Shown here piece by piece: positions 13,499 through 26,360 of a DNA stretch of 64,000 bases. Below the pieces are notes generated by a model, which saw only the letters and a list, made by a program, of their open reading frames with translations, ran no database searches and was not told where the DNA came from. Source of the DNA: Chrysomallon squamiferum (lineage: Eukaryota > Animalia > Mollusca). Positions within the stretch are counted from its first letter, which is position 1, and each line of letters starts with the position of its first letter. The stretch spans positions 8,122,001 to 8,186,000 of the forward strand of contig CM022671.1 of assembly GCA_012295275.1 (NCBI GenBank). The letters are read 5' to 3'. The translations under genes were made by a program, and so were the position numbers.

Positions 13499-14328
13499 CA
13501 AATTTTATAAAAATAAGAAATTTTTAGTAGATCACAAAAATCTCATTAAAAATTTTGTTAACTCAGCTGTCTTATTTCTGAATCTAGAAAGCATCATCTT
13601 TAATAAAATTTCTAAAATAATATAGAACATATAAACCTGCTTAAAAAGGTAACAGTTAATAGTTTTATTTAAATTTAAGTTTGTGTATATATAAACTAAA
13701 AGATATAAAAAATATCTTGTTACTATTCTGAAACTTATCATATGTAAAACTATATAAAAATATTTATTTTTGTTGTTTTTTCCCCCCAAAAGCTATGTTT
13801 TCTTTTACTTGGAAAAACAGACATTTTAACCAGATTTTTTTCTTAGTTAACAAACCATTTGTTTCTCTATGTACCAGTCATGGATGATCAGCTGAATTGT
13901 GGAAAGAAAAAAACAGTTTAAGCCAATGAATTCTCAGTTTCACTGAAGTCTAACGTCAGTTAAACAGATGGCATATTAAATAACAAACCAGTAAACATAT
14001 ACAAATATTTGTTCACCAATGAGACTTGTTTTCAGTCCAGTAAACTCAACATGCCTATGAAATGAGCCATACTTACACAACTACTTAAATTTGACATTAT
14101 AATATCAATTATTGTCAACAAGGAGGTAAATATGACTGAGAAAAGTGGTGGTTAGATGCACGTAATAGTCAATAATAGGTACCTTTTTTTTTTTTTTTAC
14201 TTATATGAACCCAGACACCTATTCAAATATTTCTGACACAGCCTGTCACCAAGTTTATTCAACTTTTTCATATTACTTATTCATGCTTGTGCATATTGAA
14301 TTTTAAGAAAAGAATGGAGAAAAGAAAA

Positions 14329-14363
<35 letters not shown>

Positions 14364-17300
14364 AAAATGGAAATTAAAGTTATTTGGCAGTTATTGTATA
14401 ATTTTAAAAATTTAAAGTTATACTGACCTAGATAAACAGGAACATTTATGATTTTGCTAATTTGAAATGAAGTATAAAAAATAAACCAGTAGTTGGATGT
14501 CTTATTTAAACTTAAACATGTTAAGATTAATATTTTGATTTATGACTTATTAAAATAAAATAAAACAAGACATAAATAAATAAATAAATAGCAAATAATA
14601 GAAATTTAATTTAAAGTGTTTACGTCAATTACAGAATAATTACCTGAGATTATCAAATGTGGAATCATTCAAATATAACGTGAATGAAAGTTATTAAAAA
14701 AGAAATAGATTATGTTCTTAGCTGACAATGGCTGTAACCTCAGTTATTCATAAGTTACCTATCATAAAATTAAATGAAAATTACCTCAAACAAAAGAATA
14801 TAAAACTATAAAGAAACTGTTGATATAGCCAATATATTACAATGCTTTAAACATGAATATAGATAAAAAAAAAAACAATCATTCAAGTCACAGTGACCTC
14901 AAGAATTATCAACAACACAGCTTATCAACAGTTTATATAATATTCTATACATATGTCACCATTAAGAAAACAAACAGTCCACAGCATACCAGAAGTTTAC
15001 ATATTTGTCAGCAAGAACTCTACACAGTGACATAGCATTATAACAAAATAAAGAAATCACATGCAAACAACTTCAAAAGAATTTCAAATTTGATCTTTTT
15101 CACAGCCACAGAGAATTCTTTAAAAACCAACAAGATTAAATCACTTCAGCTTATCACTTAATAACTTCAAAGAAATGAAAATCCAGAATTTCAAATTGCT
15201 ATCAGAGTTAATCCACTGAGAAATTACGTATCCAAAATTTCAAAAATACAGCCACAACACAACAATGAAGTCTTTAGAAACCTTGGTTTCAGTGACAGCT
15301 AAATTTTCATTTCCTTTTGAGAACATAGACAAAAGACATCCGTACTCCTTGAATCCATCCACACAGTGAGTAGTGAAGAAACTTAGCAATGAGATACAAC
15401 AGTGTGCATTAACAGACATCAAACTTAAATCTGCCGAACTGCACCACAACCTTTGACCCCTTAGATTTGAAAGGTCAGACTAAAGCAAAGAGGTAGATAC
15501 AGACATGTTCACAGAGTGTGGTGTGGTCCTGTGATCGCCTGTGGTAACAAATCCATCGTACTGTTTGGATGAAATCGGATGAAGAAAAACTCTCCTTTCT
15601 GTGTGTGAAGGACAGCAAGTTGGCTGACATGAAAATCAATAAAGTACAAATCCGAGCGAGTGCAGATGAGAAGTCTGGGGTCAGTGAACACAGGGCATGC
15701 GGGCGTGACAATAAAAACACAGCAGTTAGGAGAGTTGTCAAACCATCGGGATGTCAAATAGAGATGGATGCTGTCCCATACTAACTGGGCTAATGATCCC
15801 AGTGCCAGTGTTTAATGAGCCACCAACGACTGTATGCTCTGTTTGCAATGCAAGTGTACCAGACAGCCATAAACAAGAGGCATTTCAGATAGCATGCTTG
15901 GTGAGTTACCCTGCAGTTGGGTGATAAACTGCAAATGCACACATGGTTTGTCATTGATTCAAGGCATTACACAACCAGTTGAACACAAAACATGCTAGTG
16001 TCCATAATGAGTGTTTATTTCTTCAAAAGCCAATGTCAAGAAAAAGAACGATAAACTCTTACAAGTTCAAAATGCATACATTGGTTGGATGTCTTATAAA
16101 AGCATGTTGACAAAGTACTTGTTCAGCTTGTAGATGAATGCTTGTGATGTACAGAAAGTTATCTCAATAAAAACATGAATGTATAATTTTCCAAAATATA
16201 TATATAATTTAAACTCAGTTTCTGCAATTCAGTTATTTATGGTCATTTCAGTTTTTAATAACTTAAACCATCAAAATCCAATATAGATGTTAACAATGAT
16301 TTTTTGATTGTCCATTCAATAAATATAAAAATTCACACACTGAATACTTAATTAACTTCAAAACTCAAAACGTTATTACAATTTCATACTAGTGTCTAAA
16401 CCACACAAGGATAAACATGAACTTTAGTAGTTTAAGAATAATTAATTTTGCTTGGGTCAAATAGTTTTAATATGAAGAAGAAAGAAAAAAAAAATTCTAT
16501 TTTTGTATCCTCCTCATCCATTGTCCATTTCTTAACCCCGTCCTGTCTTGGACAGACAATTAGTTCTCTGAAAAGTGGACAAAGGAAAATAATATGAGTG
16601 TTCTGAAACACTGGCAATCAATAACTTTCAATACAGTTTGCCCAATTATCACAAATCGGCATTATATCACATCAAATGTCAGGAAAAGAAAGTGGGAGGA
16701 AATAATGAGAGATAAACTGGTGATAAGAACAGATGTGTAACTTGAAAAATCCCATCTGACTCATCATCTCATTAAACCTGACCATCCATTTTACTTAAAT
16801 ATACATTCTGATACTTTTAATGTTTTCTATTTGTTTTTAGTCAGTGACAACTGAGAATAGTAGAGATATTGATACTTTTTTTCTTAACAATATTGATAAG
16901 TAAATAAGTAGATAGACAGACAGATAAATAAATAAATAAATAAATAAATAAGAAAAAAGGACTTGAAATAAAGAGTTCTGATCTGACAACTATCATCTAA
17001 ATAAAGTGGCAACTTTCAATCCTTGAAATGAAGACATTAAATAAACACAACTAAAAAATGCACAGACATACTGCAAGAACATTTTAACAACATTTTTCTA
17101 TCCAGCCTTGAAACTGCAACAAAAACTGATTCAAACTTTCCCATACTTTAAACAAAAAGAGTCACAAATCTTTGAAATGCCAGTAATTGACAGAAAAACA
17201 GAATCTTGCCACAGCACAAGTCTGTACTTGTAACCCTATATTTCCAGCCTAGAAACTCACAAAAAGTGACATCTGTAAACCTATTTAGTGAAAAGAATGT

Positions 17301-19429
17301 TTTAAAAAAGGAAAGACACACCAAACAACAATCTTCGCACACACTTCCTTAACCTCAACCAAGTTTGGTTTAACTGACGCTATTTTCACTTGATAATCCA
17401 AAGTAAATACAACCTAGAGTTTTCAAGATTAGTATATCCAGTACATGAACACACAATATTTATTAAAAAATTACACACATGAAGAAAATCTTTTGACAGG
17501 AAATAATAAGCTTCAGTTGTCCTATAAATTCTGAAAATCAATTTTTTCTATTAAAAAAAAAAAAAAATTAAAAAAATATTTAGCCTATGTGACTATTTCT
17601 TTATCAGTTTTTTAATTTTTCCATAACTATTTTTTTTTTTTTAAGGATAAGAGAAAATGATAATAGCAAAATTATAATTAAGTAAATAAGACAAAATAAA
17701 AATATAAAAAATATCCAGATAAAACTTTTTAACTATTGAAGACTGTTGAAGACTGTTGAAGATCAGCATAAAACATATACATGTGCATACACAGACAACA
17801 CAAATAATTTGATTTCTTTTTCATTTTAATCTTGATTCTAACATGAAAAATAATCATATGTTAAACTTGTACATACATTATACACTGATATAAAAATCCC
17901 TCAACATAGTAGCATTTATTTATGACATACAACAAAGGTTAAACACCAGTGGTAATCAAGTACGGACTATACAAGATGTTTTCACTAAGAAAAACCTTAC
18001 CATAATACCAAATGTAAAGATGGGATACACTTGTTGGCAAAATCAGTGTAACCAACAGCAACAACAATGAAGAAATACTGTGAGTAAATAGCAATGATGT
18101 AACATGAAATGTTATCTTAGTATTTCGTAATGTTCTTTTGCATAAAATGTGAAGTGACCATTTGCAAAAAGATTTTATTTTTTAAATCAAAAACCAAAAT
18201 GGGACAGTATTATTGAGAAATGGTTTGTAAACTATATTTGTGACATTTAGCAGTTATTTCTTTAGCAACAAAACAGTCTCATACTAAATGTCATAACTAT
18301 ATATAGAAAACAACAATAACAGTATCAATAATAATATATAATTATAAATAATTCTGCCATTTATTTTGCATTAAAACTTGAGGTCTCCAAAAGATTGTTT
18401 TTAATATTTTGTTTAACAAACTATTAGGTCACATATCAACACATCTATATGTGACTGTAAATGAAAGATTTCCTAATTCTTAATGGGTGCAAACAGCCCA
18501 AGGTTTGATCTGTAAATAGTAATAGCCATAGGTCAGATCCCTTTCTGTACTTAACCAACAACATTATCTAACACTAATAACCAAATACTTAATATATACA
18601 AAATGTCAGGAAAATGAAAATGAGTAAGTTAAACTATTACATGACTTTTCCTAGGATTTATCTGGGCTACTGTTGTAGACTTTTGAAAGAAAGAGAAAAT
18701 ATATCTGAATATTTAGAAATGGGAGTTCTAAGAACTTTAAATGGAACAATTTTCAAAGTGTGCTTGGCCATTGGGTGAAATACGTTTACATAATAATACT
18801 ATCTTTGACATGTTAAATATCAATATGATAAATATCCACAGAAAAAAAATGCAATCATTAGTAAAATGGAACTGAGACAAAAATGTTATTGAACTTTTGA
18901 CAAATGGGAAATATCATTATGGAAATTCTTCAAATCTCTTGTTGAAATTTAATTTTATTTCAACCACAGGCAATAAAGAATAGTATGAGGTTGTTGGCAG
19001 CACAGATGCTGTACCAACAATATTCAGATGTCATTACATTTTGGATGTATTTAACTCAAATGACAGTTAGTGATGGAATTATAATTGGACAGTAAAGTTC
19101 CATCAATCTTGTCCAAAAAACTTATTAGTCTTTCTGTACTGAATCGTAAACCTCATCAATCATAATTGGAATGGCATTCTAAATTACCTATGTGATGGGA
19201 ATGGCTTTCTCTCTCATGTACATACATGGATGGACACTGACATATGAAAAAATAATGTTTGAAGGTCAGTGTCAAATTTCACATGAAACAAAATAAATAA
19301 ACAACAACATTAATAGTTTAAAAAATGGAAAAAAAAGAAAAAAAAAAAGAAGAAGATTTTTGGGAAGACACATTGGTTTATCCATCCATAGTACTTTTAT
19401 TGTTTATTATTCACACATCATCATTAATG

Positions 19430-19431
<2 letters not shown>

Positions 19432-19489
<58 letters not shown>
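19432..19489. repeat. (TC)n microsatellite
   Basis: Pure TC run. Confidence 0.97.
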
Positions 19490-19492
<3 letters not shown>

Positions 19493-19874
19493 ATTTGAAA
19501 TTTATTACGAAATTTTTTAACAAGATAAAAAGAATAAATGCATAATAAAGTACATCTGCTCATGTCCTGTAATTTCATTCCCCCCTCTTTCTCTTAGTGA
19601 AAATAATCCCTTCAGACTGATACACTGAAATTAATATTCTTATAATTATAGCAAGGCAGATAAAAAAACGTTTGTTCATTTTATAAATACTGAAAAAAAA
19701 AAACTGCAAGCAGGGCTTTATACTGATAGTGTATCATATACAATGTATAAAAGGGATATAAACTGATTCATTTTCACAAAAAAAAAAAAAAAAAAAAAAA
19801 AAAAACAGAAGTAAACCTTGTAGATGATGACTGACATGCAATGTCAACATTGTATTTAAAACTGGAGGATACCT

Positions 19875-19890
19875 CGTTTCCATGGATACG
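19875..19890. promoter_or_regulatory. Candidate RFX X-box (GTTTCCATGGATAC / GTATCCATGGAAAC)
   Basis: Near-perfect 16-bp palindrome CGTTTCCATGGATACG fitting the X-box pattern GTHNYY-AT-RRNAAC on the minus strand. Both flanking CpGs are retained. Confidence 0.45.
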
Positions 19891-22800
19891 GTGTAGTCAA
19901 CAAGTATTTAAGAGTGCTGAGGTTAAAAAGATTTAGCATGGAGTTGTTTGTACTCTAAATGTGTCTGAACAAACCCAGCTGTCCTCCTCACTAATCTTCA
20001 TCACACACATGGCAAATAAAGTTTTATTTTCTACCAACACCGATGTGAATCAGTACATCTTGTTTTTTCTTCTTTTAATAACAATGTGGTATTTAACAAA
20101 CAATATTTTATTATTATTATTATTATTTTAATTTAGATTTTTTTTTTTTTTTTTTTTTGATTTTGGGGAATTTTTTTATTTCAACTCAGGGGGGAATTTA
20201 TTTTCAAATTGTTTTTAAAGCCATTTCAAGTTAATTCTTCTATTTTCATTTTCTGGTGTTAATAAAAAATGTGGTTTGTAATATACAATATTTTCAAGAT
20301 AATAATATTAATAAATTGTTTATTTTGTTTAAAAGATATTTTCTTCTTATATATTTTTTTCTTTTGAAATTTAATAAATAAACGTAAATTTAAATAAATA
20401 AAAATTTACCTAGACCTGAGATACAAATTGCAAATACAGATTATTGTTTACTAATAAATTATAAAGTATTACAATATTGATCCAAAGAATAATTTTAATT
20501 ATTTTTCATCTTATTTTTTCTAAATTTATTTCATTTTAAAAATTATGTCTGCAATGAAGACACCCTCTTTTTTAGATTTGGATTTGATGATAATGAAGAT
20601 ATAAATTGTTTTTTGTGGTTTTTTTTTCCCAAAGTATCCTGAATATGTCAGGATATGATATAAAAATATTAAATGGAGATAGCCAATATTTCCCTAGGTA
20701 AACACTGTTTCATCTGAGATAAATATTTTATCAGTAACTTGGAATAATTTTTTATATCTTTTTTTTACATTTTTAATTTTAATTTTAATTTGAGAAATAA
20801 ATTGACAACTGTTATGTTAACCTTGAACAATTCAGTTTTTCAGTGTGGAATCTTTTACATGCATTTTTTCTATAAGCGGGAATGCACATACCATGACCTT
20901 TGATAAATAAGTCATGCTGCACTGAAAAAAACACCAGACTCTGCACTATGGCAGACTGACCCTTACAATCCAATAAAATGATTGACAGACATATGTTCGT
21001 ATTAAAAAAAAACATTAGTAAATTTCAGATGTATTTTGTTGTAAGGAATATCCTGATGTCCAGCATGTAGTTTAGAATGTCATCTGGCCCACTGATAATC
21101 TGTCTGCATGCTGATGAAACTCCGTCCTCAGAATGACGTGATCGCCCTGTGAGTGGGTGCACATCAAGCTATGAATGATAATGATAAACCTAGATACTTC
21201 CTCATTGATACAGAATGCACAGAAATAAATGGACCACTAACAGACACAAATTGCAAAATATTGATTCACTTTTCTCCAAGACGTACACTCGCCCACATTG
21301 AAATGACGGAACAAGCTCGGTAAAGTATGATGGGTGTCGATTGTAACAGATTCAATTTCTATTAATTTCATTTATCTAAATGTTACAGCTTCAGGTTTTA
21401 CTTTCAGGGATAAAACTAATCTACGTATTTCTTGCCTTCCGATTTGTAATCAGTTTTAGTGATGAGGCTTTTTATTTTTTAAATAGCAAAGACATAGTTG
21501 ATAAATCAAGTATCTTTTGATACTGACATAATAGCCAATGAATAAAGGATTTATGAAAACCTCAACATATTTTTATATTAGTTGTTATTTAATATCTGTT
21601 ATGAGATTTCCTCTGGAGGCAAAAAAAAAATAAAAATTATTTATGTATATATAAATTTGTATTTTTTCACCTACTCACTTACTGCAACATAATTAATCAA
21701 AGTATTCACTGGAATCATTAGGTACTTCAATAAAATGTTTAACATCATAAATTAGATATAGTATTTGTTTAAATGATTATCTAAAAAAAAAAAAAAGAAA
21801 AGAAAAACAAAAACTAAAAAAGAAAAAATACTAAATAAATTCAATGACTTGCCAAGTTACATAGACATTATATCTAATCAAAGAAGAATAAGACACTAAT
21901 GTGCTATTTTTTATACTGAACAATCCAGTTCTGAATGTTAATATCAGATATTTGGAATATGAATAGAAAATTATATCTTTATAAATTTAAAATACATCTA
22001 ATACACTTTTTGAAAACTCATTTAAATCTGAAATCAGTAAGATTGTTTAGGACTATAATCAAAAATTGTGTGAACCTGACACAACCACTAAGAATAACAA
22101 AACTTCTCACAAACCAGAAACTGGAAGGGAAAACATCTATCATAAACATTAAACTTACAGAGACTCATCCTGGATTGACTTTTATCATTTCCAAAATACT
22201 TAACTCATTCTTAAGTATTTCTTTTTAGTTCATACTTTATGAGCAAAAACCCTACAAAGGCTTTGCCTCCAAGCTACAAAATAAATTTCATGCTGGTACT
22301 GACTGAGCAGTTGGGCTTACGCAGTTTTTGTTTTAATTATTTATTTTGTTTCTGCAGAATTTATAGAACCACTGGCCTTGATGCATAACTTAATGCTGAT
22401 GTAAATTTTTTCTCTCAACATTTTGGAATATTTTTTTTTGTTTTTTGGCCATTATCAAGGAACAGATATTTTCCCATTTCACAACTCTTTATCAAATGTT
22501 GTTAGTTATAATTTGATAATGCAATATTTGAACTGAAATGTCAGAAAAAATCCATCATAAATTAATTTAAACAAATAAATATATGTATATATGTATTTGT
22601 ATATAATAAAGTAACTCAGAATCATAACTTTTTTCTTCTTTTTTTTAACATTCTTGTTACATTTTGTATTTGTTATCATTGGTTTACATGTAACACTGGT
22701 TCTTTTCCTGTAAAATCATAACATATACTTAGTAACTCAAGGAACATAGACATTAATAATTTGTTCATGTTGAAATTATGTGAATAGAAAAGAATACTTT

Positions 22801-25800
22801 CTGCTATTACATATATCGTATGTCTGAACAAAATTTGTTTCATTCACATCATTACAACTTATGAAAGAATAAAAAATGCCAAAAAAGGAACAAAAGATAC
22901 ACTAACATTTCCTTTTATGCAAACTTGCATTATTAATATTTTATAATTATACCAGTAAACAGAAAGCATATTATCAACATCTTTTTATCCAGTCAAGGAC
23001 ATCATGTTACACAGGATAAGACAAAACATACACATAATAAATGTCTTTCATTTTTTATAGCCTATTTGTCACACATGAAAGTGCCAGAAAGACTGTTCTA
23101 GAAAAATAAGAAAGTGCCTAAAGACTTTATTACTGCGCTGACAGACATCTATGTGAATGACAGACTGACAATTTAAGAGTTTTGCTAACATGTATAACAT
23201 GACTAGTCTGCCTTTTCTCATCTTTGATGTCCAGAGCATAGGAAGATTATACTGCCAGACATTGCATTTTATGACTGGAAGGGGGAGGAAATGAAAAAAA
23301 AAAAAAAGATAATTGTAATAAAGAAATAAAGAAAGAAGAAAACCATAAGAAAACAACAACTATAAAGCAAATATGAACTGTATCAAAGACTACTTTAAGT
23401 CTAATATCCAAGAATAATAGAAAGTATTAATTTTTTTTTTTTTTTAGATACTCCTTCAGTAATATTATCTTAATATCTTCATTCCAACCATGATAAAACA
23501 TTCTTTTCTAGACAGACAAAAATAAATAAAGAAACAATGAAAAGAAAAGTATCTTTACATATGTAACATTAAGTGATCAAAATCTATAACTTCAACATCA
23601 AAGTACATGCATAAAGGTTTCAACATTAGCTTTCCTGTTATTTAAATATTCACTTGCACAACCCAAAAAGTTAAATACAGCATATTATTATATACACTGA
23701 CTTTAAAAACAAAGTATCTTCTGACTCTCAGTATCATTAGCATAATACCCAGCAGACAAAACTAACAGGAAATCTGTGTCATCAACAGTTACCAAGACAA
23801 CTCTTAAGTGTATTCCTTACTAGGGAAATATTTTCTTTTCAGAATGCTTAAACCTATCTCTGGCTGACATGTCTCATATACAATGCATGGATTAACATAA
23901 AGGAAATGGGTGATGTAATCTCCATGTACAATGAGCTTGTCATTGACAAATATAAACCTGTCAAATTACATTTGAAACACACTGGTTTCAAATAAACCAG
24001 ATTATGACAGACTGAATAATGCAAGCCATGATAACAGTAATAATAAAACTAATAATTCAAAATTAAAACAAAAAAATTGTGTGTGTGTGTCTATATCTGT
24101 TTCTATCTCTTTATCTATTTATCTATCTTTCTGTATATCTATTCATTTGTTTTTTGTGGATTTTTTGTTGGGTATTTTGCATAGTTGTTTCTTTTTTTGA
24201 TTGCTTTTTCTTTTTTTTTTTTTTTCACATAATGGTTAACTTTATAATGCCACGTTTTTAAACATTATATATTTTTTTTTTAATTTTTCACTTTTAAAAC
24301 TTTATATTTTTTGCTTGGTATTTTTAAAATTTTAAATGTAGTTGTAAGATCAAATCATTAATAGAAAATACAAAACAAAAAATATGGTAATCAGTGTAAC
24401 AGCTGTGAAAGTTATTTCATCTTGCAGCATATTGCACATGTTACTGCCTATCACTGTTAACAAAATACATCAGTTTAACAGTGTAAACTGGTTTAAAGCT
24501 GTCACCACACACACGCACACAGCAAGAGAGAGACAGAGACACACACAGAGACAAAGACAGTTATACAGAAACACACAGACACCAGATTTTTAAGAGCTGT
24601 ATAAATGCTTTCATTATTTATTGATAATATTCCAGTTTATTTCAAATTATTTACTATCACTTAAGTATGTGAAGTATTCCAAATTCAAAATAATACTACA
24701 ACTTGATGATCCTGTGCAAAACATAATAATGTTTTGAAAACAATTACTTCATTTAAAAAACAAATACATTTAAAATTTTTTTTTTTTTTTTTTTTTTAAA
24801 TACAGTAATGAAACTAGCAGTTCAGTTTAAACATTTATTGACATATGTTTAAAATTCCTGTGTAACAAATGCATGAATATTACTTATTTGAAATTATGAT
24901 AATGACCACCTGCATTACTGAATCCTCTCACTATATATAAAGTAAAGTGTTTTATTATTTATAAAGGCATTACAGAGAACTCATTTAAATTAAATAAAAA
25001 AAGAAGACATTCCTGTCTGCTTAAATGCAAATCTGATCATACATAGAAATGAAGGTTAATCTAACTTGAGAACTGGTCCTCCAGGCAAACTAGAAAAGCA
25101 ACTTCAAATCAGACTATGGCCTGGAAGCCATCAAGTATTATCCGTACTGTCAAACCTGTCGTAATTACCACACCAGTAAACTTAATTTACATCTAATGAT
25201 GTACAGCCTATACTGGACAGGGGGAAATGAACTCACAAGTTTAAAAATAATAATAAAAAAAATACCACACCAGTAAAAAATTTAATAAAAAAATAAAACT
25301 GGAAAAATGAACTCTGAGTTTAAAATTGTAAAAATAATAATAAAAAAAATAAAACAAAAATATCATTGATATACTTCGACTTCAAATTTTATTACTGATT
25401 GAAAAAAATTAAAATATCTAATTCAGTAATGAGTTTTCTGCCTTTTATTAAATGTGTCAAGCATGAATATTTATGATCTTAATTTCAGAAGATGTTTAAA
25501 TTCTAAATTTTTAAAAAAATAAAATTTTATTTAAAATTAATTGCAGTTTTTCTCAATCTTGAAAGATAAATCTTTTTAGTATTGGCGAAGGTATTGGCAA
25601 ATAAGGTGAATAAGACAACACTTGAAATTTTGAGCTACATTTACTAAGACTATCTAAGTCAGGCACTTATTGCTGCAAACTTACTGACCCAGGAGCCATT
25701 AACTGACCAGTGGTAAGATGCTGTTACATATACTATTCAGCATATTTGGTTCTCAAATACATTTCAGCAGAAAACAAAAAATTTAATGACAAGTCTGTAG

Positions 25801-26266
25801 GAGGTATATGAGTATTTTGTACTGTTTTCCACTGCCACAAGGCACTGTAAACTGTAGGATATTATGATTCAGTTTTTATAATTGGCACAGAAGATAACCC
25901 TTTGTTTTATGGTAACATTTTTTAAGGTTATACAGTAATTAAATTTTTGTCTCTTCTTAATGATCTGGCTTTGTGTGTGTGTGGGTTATTACCTTTACAA
26001 TTTATTTCCAACTCTTCCTTATAAAGATAAATACATATAACTAATAATAAGAATTTAAAATTCCAATTTAATGCCATTACCACTTTTGAATAATCTCCCA
26101 TCAACATACTGGTACCCAAAAGTTAACTAAAAAAAATCTATACACAGAAAGTGGAGAGATCAGTTAGTTCTAGCCAGTCACTTTACAGTAAAGTCAAGCT
26201 TATGGAACCTGTGTAAAGAGTTTGGTAGACCAGATGGATGCTAATGGACTGAAAATGGTACTGACA

Positions 26267-26360
26267 TGTGTGATGGCTGTCAAGCAGGGTAACCATCTTG
26301 AACACACAGTTTCTGTGGTGGCTGTCAGACTTAGTAACCATCTTGGACATGTGTCACTGT
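26267..26360 (+). repeat. Short degenerate tandem repeat, two ~45-nt units
   Basis: tgtgatggctgtcaagcagggtaaccatcttgaaca followed by tgtggtggctgtcagacttagtaaccatcttggaca. Confidence 0.75.

Noticed and set aside
14759-14765. ATG ATA G|gtaact as an alternative phase-1 micro first exon
   Set aside because: Weak donor in featureless AT-rich context, as expected by chance.
15475-15784. Overlapping 71-88 aa ORFs on both strands
   Set aside because: No recognisable domain. They are explained by locally higher GC, and the region is kept only as a regulatory candidate.
16305-16320. TGATTGTCCA (miR-219-like); also TACCCTGTAG (miR-10-like) near 40946
   Set aside because: Short matches only, without precursor hairpins.
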